Of a stretch of 64,000 nucleotides of DNA, positions 1 to 8,824 are shown piece after piece. The DNA comes from an uncultured Pseudomonadota bacterium (GTDB taxonomy: Bacteria; Vulcanimicrobiota; Vulcanimicrobiia; Eremiobacterales; Eremiobacteraceae). The first letter of the stretch is position 1, and the number at the start of each line of letters is the position of its first letter. A program made the position numbers and the translations under genes. Location of the stretch: NCBI GenBank assembly GCA_963736005.1, contig CAVTNB010000001.1:576001-640000 (forward strand), written 5' to 3'. The notes beneath the pieces were generated by a model. That model was not told where the DNA came from. It searched no databases and worked only from the letters and a program-made list of their open reading frames with translations.

Positions 1-1
1 T

Positions 2-493
2 CCCTACAAGGGCGGTACGATCTCGTTTGCTCTCGGGACGGGAGTTCGCATTGGCAGTTTGACGTGGCCGGGAAACCTTTGGGGTGAAGTGAGCGTCTCG
101 TCCTCCGGAGGGGCGCTGACCAGCGCGTCATTTGGCCAAGGCGGATACATTGACGCTATCGGCGTGACGAATTCGTTCGCTGACACAATGCTCACCCCAT
201 CGGGTTCGCTGTTCGTGGTCAGCGATGTGATGAGTCCGGTAAACTATCCGGAATTTGTCTATCGCGTACGACGGCCAGGAGATCCACTCGGAACCTTGAG
301 TTCACCGGTGCTCGTTCAACCCGGTCTCGATAGCTACTTCCCGCAATTCGGAATCCCCGGATTCGGCAACTTGCGCTGGGGCGATTACGAAGCGTCATCC
401 TACACCGGATTCTCGGATAACAAAGTCTGGATCGCATCAGAGTATCCCAACACAGACTATGACTGGGGATCATCCATGGCAGAAGTCAAGTAA
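2..493 (+). CDS. Hypothetical protein, C-terminal part (5' end outside window), probably a secreted beta-rich protein
   Basis: Frame is open from nt 2 to TAA at 491-493; contains an RWGDY...VWIASEY segment typical of extracellular beta-rich hypothetical proteins. Confidence 0.55.
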   Translation, partial: PYKGGTISFALGTGVRIGSLTWPGNLWGEVSVSSSGGALTSASFGQGGYIDAIGVTNSFADTMLTPSGSLFVVSDVMSPVNYPEFVYRVRRPGDPLGTLSSPVLVQPGLDSYFPQFGIPGFGNLRWGDYEASSYTGFSDNKVWIASEYPNTDYDWGSSMAEVK

Positions 494-517
494 CCATCTG
501 TCATTCGCGCAAAGCAA

Positions 518-546
518 AAGGGGTCGGCCAGATAGGTCGGCCCCTT
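518..546 (+). terminator. Hairpin/intrinsic terminator between convergent genes
   Basis: AAGGGGTCGGCC-loop-GGTCGGCCCCTT (two G-U pairs), followed by CCATTTTGTT and preceded by an A-run. Confidence 0.6.
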
Positions 547-585
547 CCATTTTGTTCCTAAGGCTGGCCCCGCCGCTTAGGTAGA

Positions 586-1161
586 CTACTCGTGCTGCAT
601 CGCATGACGTCTTTCATAGCGGTGATCCATGCGGCCTGGCATATCCTCGCTCGGCCCGGTCCACACGCAGCTGAAATGCAACCGCTCCAGGAGGCGGATT
701 GAAGCAATATTGTCCGTGTCCACCACCGCTAGAACGCTTGTGACACCGTACTCCTCACCGAGCATGCGTATGAGCTCACTGCACGCTTCGGTTGCGTACC
801 CACGTCGCCAGAAATCAGGAAAGATGTCGTACCCAATTGTTGCGACGCGTGACGCAATGGTTGCTTGCACCCATCCGATGTAGGGTCCACGTTTCTCCCG
901 AACGGCATAGTTCAGCCATGTCTGCGTTCCATCTGGAGACTGTCGCAATGCCCAGCCGGCGTAACGCTGCTCGAGCTCCTCGATGCTCGCGGGAGGCGGG
1001 CCGGCATGAAATTGGTAGAGTCGAGGGTCTTGCAAGAATTCGAAAAGATGCCGCGCATGTGTCGGCAACAACGGCTCCAATTGCAAACGCCGGGTCGCTA
1101 GGACTCGTTCTGAAATCAGGGCGGGCAGCCTTGCTTCTGCCAGCTCTTGAAGCGAGCACAC
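586..1161 (-). CDS. GNAT N-acetyltransferase, RimJ/RimL-like
   Basis: TRRLQLEPL start, IGYDIFPDFWRRGYATEA acetyl-CoA motif, DNIASIRLLERLHF. Confidence 0.85.
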   Translation of the reverse strand: MCSLQELAEARLPALISERVLATRRLQLEPLLPTHARHLFEFLQDPRLYQFHAGPPPASIEELEQRYAGWALRQSPDGTQTWLNYAVREKRGPYIGWVQATIASRVATIGYDIFPDFWRRGYATEACSELIRMLGEEYGVTSVLAVVDTDNIASIRLLERLHFSCVWTGPSEDMPGRMDHRYERRHAMQHE

Positions 1162-1364
1162 ATCTCATCGGTCCACTGTGGTTCTCCAGCGCTGTCCGGT
1201 GGCATCGTCTTTTCACGGACGGCGGCATAGATTGCGACAGCGTGATCGGCAACGTCATCACGACTGCTAAGATCCATGCCCGCTGCCTTCATATGCTCGA
1301 TGTCTAAGTCGGTGAACATCGGTCGAATGTCCCGTGCAAAACTCACCGTTGGATTCGTGCTCAT
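1116..1364 (-). CDS. Small hypothetical protein (82 aa)
   Basis: ATG at 1364 with GAGGAG SD at 1371-1376; MSTNPTVSFARDIRPMF...MPP...W...FKSW...G. Confidence 0.7.
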   Translation of the reverse strand: MSTNPTVSFARDIRPMFTDLDIEHMKAAGMDLSSRDDVADHAVAIYAAVREKTMPPDSAGEPQWTDEMCARFKSWQKQGCPP

Positions 1365-1383
1365 CAAAGTCTCCTCTGAACTC

Positions 1384-1854
1384 TTAGCCGTGCTGCGCGG
1401 CGGTGCGCAGCGCATTGCCCGTTAGATTCATCGTTGTCCACTCGGCCAGCGCATCGGCGCCCGCTTTCTTGAAGAAACCCAGCCCTTTATCATTCCACGC
1501 GAGAACATTGAAGACGAGCGCGTAGCTGTTTGCTTTAATGGCGATGTTTGCCACGGCGGCGAGGAGGGCAGTTGCGATGTTCTTCTTGCGAAAATCAGGA
1601 CGCACGTAGAGATCTTCCAAGAACGTGCCTTTACCCTGAAAGGAAGAATAACACTCGTGAAAGAGCGCATAGCCGGCGGGTTCGCGGTCCCAGAGTGCGA
1701 GCAACACGTGAAAGCGATGCTGCTCTCCAAACCCGTCGGCGAGGAGTTCTTGCTCGCTGATGGTGACGGGGAGGCGTTCGTACGAGCCCATTTCCTCGAT
1801 CATGGTTTTGAGCAAAGGAACGTCGTGCGGCTCTGCGTTCCTGATGAGGACTAT
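1384..1854 (-). CDS. GNAT N-acetyltransferase, SSAT-like; probable ATA start
   Basis: FLEDLYVRPDFRKKNIATALL and VLAWN motifs; in-frame IRNAEPHDVP upstream of the tracked TTG; AAGGAG 7 nt before ATA at 1854. Confidence 0.8.
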   Translation of the reverse strand: MVLIRNAEPHDVPLLKTMIEEMGSYERLPVTISEQELLADGFGEQHRFHVLLALWDREPAGYALFHECYSSFQGKGTFLEDLYVRPDFRKKNIATALLAAVANIAIKANSYALVFNVLAWNDKGLGFFKKAGADALAEWTTMNLTGNALRTAAQHG

Positions 1855-1882
1855 GATGATTCTCCTTGACGTACCATCGAGG

Positions 1883-2128
1883 TTAGCTCTTCTGAGGCTT
1901 CTGAGGAAATAGACTTACTAGCAATAGGACACCTCCGAGACCCATGATGCCTATACTGCCGGTATGCAGCATCTGAGCGTTGTGGCACCTAGCGGCAAGA
2001 CTCTGGTCGAAGACCTGTCCGATGCTTGTAAGAACCGTCTGGCATTGCTGATAAGCCGACTGATTGGTCAAGAACACCACAAAACCGATCAACAACACAA
2101 CAATTGCCAGAATGGAAAAACTGCTCAT
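1883..2128 (-). CDS. Small membrane protein with two TM helices
   Basis: Two hydrophobic segments flank a loop containing two Cys. Confidence 0.6.
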   Translation of the reverse strand: MSSFSILAIVVLLIGFVVFLTNQSAYQQCQTVLTSIGQVFDQSLAARCHNAQMLHTGSIGIMGLGGVLLLVSLFPQKPQKS

Positions 2129-2267
2129 GTCTTTGATTCCTGGGCGATGAAGTTGTGAAAAATAAGATTGAGAGGATCTCTTGGATCCATGAACGCGGCA
2201 AGCATGCCCATGCGGTTGACGCCGACCATTCGGATGATCGCGCCGCGTATTCCAAAGAGAAATTCTT

Positions 2268-2342
2268 TCGGGCCGACTGGATTCGAACCAGCGATCTCCT
2301 GCCCCCCAGACAGGCGCGATAACCAGGCTTCGCTACGGCCCG
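2268..2342 (-). tRNA. tRNA-Pro(GGG)
   Basis: Reverse complement CGGGCCGTAGCGAAGCCTGGTTATCGCG-CCTGT-CTGGGGG-GCAGG-AGATCGCTGGTTCGAATCCAGTCGGCCCGA folds as a cloverleaf; CCA not encoded. Confidence 0.95.
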
Positions 2343-2763
2343 ACCTTTATTTCATGATGTTTTGCGCGATTGTGCTGTTGCCGTTAGTCTCCCATTGGAA
2401 AAATCAATCTAATTTTTTCACGCTGTGGGTAGTGCCTAGGGTCATTTCCGCATCGGCATGAAATCGAGGTATGTCTTCGCAAAAGGGTTCCCAAATCATT
2501 CACGCCCTAACGTGATTGTGTCCGAAAGGCAGGCGCAAATAATAAGGCTCAGCCTGTAGTGCGCATGCTTTTGCAACAGATAGTTAGGGTCAGAGCGAGT
2601 GTATTTTGAGGTTCGGTGAGAGAGCGCTCGAACTCCGCTGGCGGAACGTAGCCTAAAGCTGATGCAAAGGGTTCGACATCAACGACTGAGCCCACGTGGA
2701 CTTCGATTTTTGGTTCGGTGACGGATTGTCACCCGCTCCCAACCCACTGACGAGAGGTCTCAA

Positions 2764-3264
2764 ATGAAAATCGTCGCATTCACAGCTATTCTCGCGGCAC
2801 TGCTCACTCTACGGGCACTGTGTGCGGGGTCTGTGGAATCACCGTACCCCGCCGGCAGCGTGACTGCTGCCTCAATCGATTGTCGCAGCGCTGCCGCCCC
2901 AGCTGCTGATCCCACGCTGACCTTCAGCATCACGAACAGGGGCACATCGGACCTTCAGGTGTGGAGCTTCCCGATATTTGTCATGGTTCACCTCACGATA
3001 AAGGAGAGTGGCACAGGGAAGATCATCCCTCAAACGGAGGTCAGTGAACCACCGAGAAGCCCGCGGGTCGTTGCAGTGTTGAAACCCGGCCAGACCATAG
3101 CTCTAAAGGATTGGCCACAGGTGAGCCAACCGGCGACTTCCCTGATCCCACTCTCAATGTTCGGCTATCATCTGGCGAGCGGTAACTACATCGTTTCAGC
3201 CTCAACGCCTGGCGCTGAGGGTCGCACGCTCTGGAGCTCTCCGTGCGCAGTAACCGTTCCTTGA
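2764..3264 (+). CDS. Secreted hypothetical protein (Ig-like beta-sandwich suspected)
   Basis: Signal peptide MKIVAFTAILAALLTLRALCA; GAGG SD; LTFSITNRG and GNYIVSA strands. Confidence 0.65.
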   Translation: MKIVAFTAILAALLTLRALCAGSVESPYPAGSVTAASIDCRSAAAPAADPTLTFSITNRGTSDLQVWSFPIFVMVHLTIKESGTGKIIPQTEVSEPPRSPRVVAVLKPGQTIALKDWPQVSQPATSLIPLSMFGYHLASGNYIVSASTPGAEGRTLWSSPCAVTVP

Positions 3265-3400
3265 GCCAACTTGAGCCTGAGCGCTGCATAGCTTGTGGCT
3301 CGCGCCGAGGGCAGGCGCTTGCGCCAGGCATAGTACCCGCTGGTGGAGACCTCCAGCACGCGGCACATGGTGGCGATGGGGTAAACGGCCTGATGCACCT
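3265..3400 (-). mobile_element. IS3-family transposase OrfB N-terminal remnant
   Basis: YPIATMCRVLEVSTSGYYAWRKRLPSAR matches the IS3 OrfB N-terminus; no DDE domain or inverted repeats. Confidence 0.8.
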
Positions 3401-3413
3401 CGCGAGCCCTGAA

Positions 3414-3442
3414 TTGCAAGTTGACCCACGGCATGCTATAAT
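3414..3442 (+). promoter_or_regulatory. Sigma70-type promoter
   Basis: TTGCAA (3414-3419), 17-nt spacer ending TGC, TATAAT (3437-3442). Confidence 0.65.
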
Positions 3443-3472
3443 CGCTTTGGTTTGACAGACCACTGAGGCACC

Positions 3473-3501
3473 ACCACCCCGATTAGGGGTGGTTTGTTTT
3501 T
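3473..3501 (+). terminator. Intrinsic terminator
   Basis: ACCACCCC-GATTA-GGGGTGGT followed by TTGTTTTT. Confidence 0.7.
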
Positions 3502-3664
3502 GTGCTGTTACCGCCCGTGGTCTAACGTACAGGGACGCGGGTTTGAATTCGTCCTTACACCTGTCTCAGAGACAGGCGCGATCCGCGCGCTTGCAACGTT
3601 CACGCCGACGCATCCTCTGCAGGCGCCAGAACCGGAAGTGTCGGACCTGTCGCGCGACTCGGGC

Positions 3665-5791
3665 CTAAGGCACGCGCACGAGCTCGACTCGCCGGTTGAG
3701 CGCTTTGCCCGTCTCCGCCGCATTCGAAGCGATAGGCCGGGTGAGCCCGTATCCCCTGGCCTCCAGTCTCGACGATGCGATCCGGTACTTGCTCACCAAC
3801 TCGTCGACGACTGCCTGTGCGCGCCGCTCGCTCAATTGCAGGTTGTAGGCCGCGCCGCCATCCGAATCGGTATGACCTTCAACGCGCATGCGCCAGAGCG
3901 GATGGATTTGTAAAACGCGAGCGATCTCGAGGATCGTGGCTTCCGACTGCGATTTGATCCGCGCGCTCGCGACGTCGAAGTGTATTCCATAGGTGCGGGC
4001 TCGGCCTCCCTGTTCGAGCTGCTTTGCGATGGACGGCGCGGCGGGTCGAAGCGCCGCAACGATTCGGCGCGGTCCGTTGCGTTCGAGCGCGACGCGCGCC
4101 ATGCATGGCAATGCAGTCTGCGGCGACAGCCCATACTCCGCGCGCGCGATCTGAATGGCCTGCGGAATACGAGCCCCCATGTCGTCAACGTCGAACCCGT
4201 TGTAAATGAGCACGCCTCGACCGAAGCGAGCATATGCATGCACCCACCCGGATACGCCCTTCGCGTTCTTCGCGAAGAGCAGGCCGCACCAGTGTGGATC
4301 ATTCGTCTGCATGATGTCAGCATCGCCGATTTGCTGCGTCTCGATCGCGAGATAGGCTCGCACGTCGAGAAAATGCGCCCGGTCTTTCGGGTCGTTGCTG
4401 CCGAGCACCGAGGAATCAGCGATCTGCAGCTCGTGGCCGCTAGCGCCGCCGGCTCCAGTCGCCGCGGTTCGGAACGGGTAGGGTATGAACGCGTAGTCGG
4501 AGTGGGAGCAGACGTCGGCGTCGCGGATGATCAAGATATGCCCGTTCGCCACGTAGTCGAGAAGCGCTTTCGTCTGTTCCGATGTCAAGTCGGTATTCGC
4601 CGCGCAGTCATTGGCGAGAATTGCCGCATGCGCGCGGTTGAGCGCGGCCGGCGAAAGCCCCGGCAAGAAGAGCGTCTGGTAGTGGAAGCCGGGTGCGACC
4701 TTGGGGTCGGCCTCAGGACCGCCGTTCGTAGGAATCCGCTTGATCACGAGCACTGTGGGTCCGCTGCCGGCGGCGGCCACGTCGCAGGTCGGAGCCGCCC
4801 CGATTCTGCGGGCCACAAACGGCAGTCCGCTAACTGAACCGACCAAGAGCGACCCCTTCGCGACGACGGTCAAGACGTCGCTGCCTCCGAGCGTGGCAGT
4901 GCCGTTCCGGATTGGGCCGTTCCACAGTGGATCTGTGCGCGTGCACGGTCCACCGCTCATCGCGCCGTCGCGCTCGAAGGTGGCGATTTGGGCTCCATCG
5001 GGCTTTAGGTGGTCGTCTGGATTGACGGCGCCGACAGTCGGCGCGAAGATCATGCCGCCATCGCCGTTCGCGTTGTCGGCAAGCGCCCAGCGTCCATTGA
5101 AGGACAAGGACGGCAGCGTCATGCTGCCGGCTGCCGAAATCGATTCGATAATGAGTGTCCCACCGGGCTTGCGGAGAAAAGTGAACCGCACCCATCGTGC
5201 CTGAAGCGGACCGGCGAGGGTGCCGGTCCGCTCGTAACCCGTTGCGGGGAACGTGATCGTTCCCGCACGGCTGAAAGCCAGGCCATTGACGGAGGCATCA
5301 ACGTCGACGTGCGTGTCTGGATCGGTCGCGCCGTACGTCGTGATGTTGATCGCGTCGATGCGAGCGACCGTCGGGAGCTCGAACAATACCTGCGGTGCTG
5401 TTTTGAAGTCGGGGTGGATCGTCCATCCACCGCCTGAAGCCAAGAGCGGAGCACCGCGGTTCGACGCGGCAACACTCCAGCTCTTTACGAAAGCGCCGCG
5501 CACATAGCTCAGCAGATTGCCTGACGGGCTGGCCGATGCAGAGGGCGACGGAACGGGAGCCGGCGCAGAGCTCGTCGGTTGCGATGCGATCGCCACGGGC
5601 GAGGCCTGCTCGCTAGACGTCGCCGGCGATCCGATCCCCTCAGACGATTGGGGACCCTGCGCACTCGGCGAGGTCGATGGTGGAGTGGCGGCGGGCGCTG
5701 AGGTGGCGCCGCTAGAGCTTTGATTGTGGCCGCAGGCTGACACCGTGACCAATGCGGCGAGGCACAGCGACGTGACAATCCTATTCCTCAT
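3665..5791 (-). CDS. Multidomain lipoprotein with C-terminal OmpA peptidoglycan-binding domain
   Basis: Lipobox VSAC; S/P/A linker; discoidin-like region (ARWVRFT); EGHTDSDG...NLQLSERRAQAV...NRRVE. Confidence 0.85.
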   Translation of the reverse strand: MRNRIVTSLCLAALVTVSACGHNQSSSGATSAPAATPPSTSPSAQGPQSSEGIGSPATSSEQASPVAIASQPTSSAPAPVPSPSASASPSGNLLSYVRGAFVKSWSVAASNRGAPLLASGGGWTIHPDFKTAPQVLFELPTVARIDAINITTYGATDPDTHVDVDASVNGLAFSRAGTITFPATGYERTGTLAGPLQARWVRFTFLRKPGGTLIIESISAAGSMTLPSLSFNGRWALADNANGDGGMIFAPTVGAVNPDDHLKPDGAQIATFERDGAMSGGPCTRTDPLWNGPIRNGTATLGGSDVLTVVAKGSLLVGSVSGLPFVARRIGAAPTCDVAAAGSGPTVLVIKRIPTNGGPEADPKVAPGFHYQTLFLPGLSPAALNRAHAAILANDCAANTDLTSEQTKALLDYVANGHILIIRDADVCSHSDYAFIPYPFRTAATGAGGASGHELQIADSSVLGSNDPKDRAHFLDVRAYLAIETQQIGDADIMQTNDPHWCGLLFAKNAKGVSGWVHAYARFGRGVLIYNGFDVDDMGARIPQAIQIARAEYGLSPQTALPCMARVALERNGPRRIVAALRPAAPSIAKQLEQGGRARTYGIHFDVASARIKSQSEATILEIARVLQIHPLWRMRVEGHTDSDGGAAYNLQLSERRAQAVVDELVSKYRIASSRLEARGYGLTRPIASNAAETGKALNRRVELVRVP

Positions 5792-5803
5792 CGACCGACG
5801 CCA

Positions 5804-7291
5804 TCATGAAGGATTGCAGAGCTTGATGTTCTTTGGGACGATTATGCTGAAGTTACGAGTGTAGAAGTTCCAGCTCTTGTTGGCCAGCTTTTGTCCTAGC
5901 AGCCCTGCCTCGTAGCCTCCCCGTGCGATGATGTTCAGGTCGCGGCGCTCGCATGCCACGATCGAGACCGGGCCGGTGGCGATGAAGTTGGCTTGCACAA
6001 AGAAGGCTGCCCAGATGCTGCCGCCTTGCTCACCGAGGATGCTCTCGAGCTCTTCTGGCGCGCCCACTTTCGCTGAGATCTTCGGAGCCATGAGCGTTAC
6101 CGAGAGGCCAAGCGGTGCGAGGGACATGGTCCCCCCATACGATGTGATTTCGCCTTGCGCTTGAACGGAGCCATCTACGCCAGCCGATTGCCCCTGGTCG
6201 ACGTTGACGGCGCCGCCAAACGAGGCATGATATTGGCCCTGCGCCACCGTGGTTTTACTTGAGAAGACGGGCGCAAAGGCAAAACCCGAACCAATCGAGA
6301 TCTGGAACGGGATCGGTCCGATCAAGAACGGCCAAGAAAAACCTAATGGCAGCTTGATGACGTCCGGCGAGTTCCACTTGCTCAGGTCCGTACTGGGTTC
6401 GCCGCCGAGCGCAACTGACCACTCAACGTCGAAGTTGCCTTGCAGCTGCTGGTTGTCGAAGGTGATCTGCGTCGTCTGCCCGTCAGCGACAGTGACATTG
6501 AGCGAGCTCGTCAGGTTGTCCAGTTCGCCTTCGCCAGTCACCTCGGCTTCGCCGCCGCCCGGCACCGACTTCTTCGCCGTGAGATCGATCTTGAGGTCAT
6601 TGGTCTCCGGCGTTAGAGTCAAGTCGACTTTCCAATCTTTGATCTTCTGCTCGTAATGAACGCCGGAACCGGCGAGCGCCGGATCGGCGACCAGGCGCTC
6701 GAACCACGAAGGATCCTCCGCGACGTCCACTCGATGAAAGCCGGGGGGCGTGACGTAGGCGAGACGTGAGAAATCCACAGCGACCTGACCGCCTATGTGA
6801 CCATTGCTAATTGCCTCGTCCAAAGCGACAGGTTCGGTTGCCACGTGCAGCTGGCCATCTTGATTCTCGACGCTCTTGATCTTCCGCAGCGCGAGATTCG
6901 AGAAGAGCACGATGCTGCCGGGCGTCAACGAGGCGATCTGCGCAGCCGAAGAGTCGAAGGTGAGCGTGCCATCACTTGCAACCCCGCGATACGTCTGTTT
7001 GACGGTTCCTGCATCAATGATCTTGGTTTGAGGGTTCCAGGTGACGTTATATGTCTGTTGCGAGGCTGGCACCGCGTTTCCAGGGAGAGCGCTCGTGTTG
7101 ACAGCCGGCGCTTGAGACGAGGCCGTACCTGTCACAGCTTGCGTTGCGGCTGTGCCGGGCGCCGTGCTCGCGCCCGTGGCCGAAGGCCCATTGGGACTTG
7201 CTGTTCCGTTCGAGCCTGAGGAATTCTGCGAGCACGCGATGAGCGTTGCTACGAACGCTAGGGTGAGGAAGCGAACGATCGAGCGCGTCAT
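5804..7291 (-). CDS. Large beta-rich lipoprotein of unknown function
   Basis: ATG at 7291 overlaps upstream stop (ATGA); lipobox LIAC; S/T/A linker. Confidence 0.7.
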   Translation of the reverse strand: MTRSIVRFLTLAFVATLIACSQNSSGSNGTASPNGPSATGASTAPGTAATQAVTGTASSQAPAVNTSALPGNAVPASQQTYNVTWNPQTKIIDAGTVKQTYRGVASDGTLTFDSSAAQIASLTPGSIVLFSNLALRKIKSVENQDGQLHVATEPVALDEAISNGHIGGQVAVDFSRLAYVTPPGFHRVDVAEDPSWFERLVADPALAGSGVHYEQKIKDWKVDLTLTPETNDLKIDLTAKKSVPGGGEAEVTGEGELDNLTSSLNVTVADGQTTQITFDNQQLQGNFDVEWSVALGGEPSTDLSKWNSPDVIKLPLGFSWPFLIGPIPFQISIGSGFAFAPVFSSKTTVAQGQYHASFGGAVNVDQGQSAGVDGSVQAQGEITSYGGTMSLAPLGLSVTLMAPKISAKVGAPEELESILGEQGGSIWAAFFVQANFIATGPVSIVACERRDLNIIARGGYEAGLLGQKLANKSWNFYTRNFSIIVPKNIKLCNPS

Positions 7292-7803
7292 GGCGTTGCA
7301 CTCGCGGTCGGTGATTGGTCGCCGAGGCCTTGCACTTGTTTGGCCGCCTGCTGCAACGCGGGAGGCGCTTTGATCGGCGGGCAACTCGGCGGTGCTGTCG
7401 CCGAGCCGCTGTTCAACATCGATGCGGCCTCGCTGCCCACGCACTTTGGATCCGGCACTGCATTCAGATCCCCGGAGACGGCGCCAGGATCGTGAGCTCC
7501 ACCCGACGAGCCGTTCGCATCATCGGTCGCGGCTTGTTGTCCGTTCGCCTGAGCGCTGCCCGTTTGCACTCCAACGCTTTGACTGTCGGCGCTGCCTCCC
7601 GGCTGAGCGGGCCCCGTCAACTGCCCTCCACCGGGTGACAGGAAATGACTCAAGGGCCGGAACTGCGGCGGCACGCAGGCGCCGGCTGAACGAAACCAGA
7701 GCACGAGCGCGATCAGGACCGCTACCTCGACCAACCCGACCAAGACAACGAGTCCGGATCCTATACCGCCACGGCTCGAACGCGGGAAGACCATCTTTTG
7801 CAT
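7288..7803 (-). CDS. Single-TM hypothetical protein with low-complexity tail
   Basis: TM GLVVLVGLVEVAVLIALVLWF; coupled to the next gene; start at 7803 inferred. Confidence 0.55.
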   Translation of the reverse strand: MQKMVFPRSSRGGIGSGLVVLVGLVEVAVLIALVLWFRSAGACVPPQFRPLSHFLSPGGGQLTGPAQPGGSADSQSVGVQTGSAQANGQQAATDDANGSSGGAHDPGAVSGDLNAVPDPKCVGSEAASMLNSGSATAPPSCPPIKAPPALQQAAKQVQGLGDQSPTASATP

Positions 7804-7871
7804 TGCAATCCATCCTCCGTCGCCATCGTACCGCGCGCCCGTGCCGCGGCCGTGCCGGGGTCGTTGCCCCT

Positions 7872-8320
7872 TTAGCGACAAGTCCGGTGATTCTGACTGA
7901 GAGAAGCCATGGCGACGGTGGAGAGTGCCGGTTTGAACGCCTCGTAGGTGACTGCGTACACATCGCTCGTGCCCACAGAACCCGTGATGACGACATCCAT
8001 CGTTCCGTCAGGCTTGAAGTAGACGTCTTGCGGGCGATTGTAGCGCATGAAATGATACTTCCCAAAACCTGAAAGGTGCGCGTCGTACCACGACACATAC
8101 GTCGCGTCCTTGCCATGCGGCATGTACATGTTTCCTCGCATTTGCGATCCGCAGTAGACCGCGTCCGGAAGCTTCTCGATGAACGGCGCTCCGGGGTAGA
8201 GCGGCAGACCGGTAAGACTGTCTGTGTCCGCTCCGAGCGCCGGCACCCCAGCGGGAGTCCAGCCGCTATGGCTGCCGCCATGCCAAGAATCATCGAAAAC
8301 CCGCGATGATGTGCTTGCAT
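7872..8320 (-). pseudogene. Secreted hypothetical protein split by a 1-nt frameshift (or sequencing error)
   Basis: Signal peptide MQAHHRGFSMILGMAAAIAAGLPLG is in one frame and VPALGADTDSLTGLPLYPGA in another; one extra G in the G4 run (8246-8249) joins them. Confidence 0.6.
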
Positions 8321-8454
8321 GATAGAAAAGCCTCCTGACCACGCCCGCACCAGGAACAGATGTTCACGTCGTGCCGGACTGATGGTCAGAAGCTTACCGT
8401 GAGGGCGTGCCGCTTTCGTGCCGCCTCGGCGGGTGAGCCTTGGAGCGCAACCTT

Positions 8455-8695
8455 AAGCTATTCTTGGCTTGATCTTCACAACTTTTACGCGCTATGTTTG
8501 GACTCGAACATGGCCTACTCGTGCGCGTATTTTCGGGATGCTTCCGACACGATTGACGAGGCTCAGCTTCAGAAGTGCGATTTGATCTGCCGCAAGTCAC
8601 CCCTCAAACGAGGCGAGCGGTTCTTGGACATCGGTTGCGGTTCGGGCGGCCTCGTGCGCTTCGCCTGCGCGAGTACGGAGTGGAAGCAGTTCTGA
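8455..8695 (+). pseudogene. cfa: Internal fragment of cyclopropane-fatty-acyl-phospholipid synthase
   Basis: NFYALCLDSNMAYSCAYF...DEAQLQKCDLICRK..LKRGERFLDIGCGSGGL; both termini missing. Confidence 0.8.
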
Positions 8696-8824
8696 TACTT
8701 GTGGTTGTGATAATGATCCTACTCGCGGTCACCGGCCACCTCAAACCATAGATCGCGCTTCCAAGACCTTGAGGGTGGCACTTCGGTTCCGCCTTTCGCT
8801 GTTATTCATGGTGCGCGGTCCAGC

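Noticed and set aside
2268..2342. tRNA-Pro as an att site for an integrated island
   Set aside because: No integrase and no duplicated tRNA 3' end seen in the window; its 3' side runs off the left edge
2560..2575. Possible sigma-54 promoter upstream of the 2764 gene
   Set aside because: TTGCA is present but the invariant GG at -24 is absent
3560..3576. CCTGTCTC-A-GAGACAGG palindrome resembling Tn5/Nextera mosaic ends
   Set aside because: Only 7 nt match and the TTATACACATCT part is absent; an isolated palindrome with no assignable role
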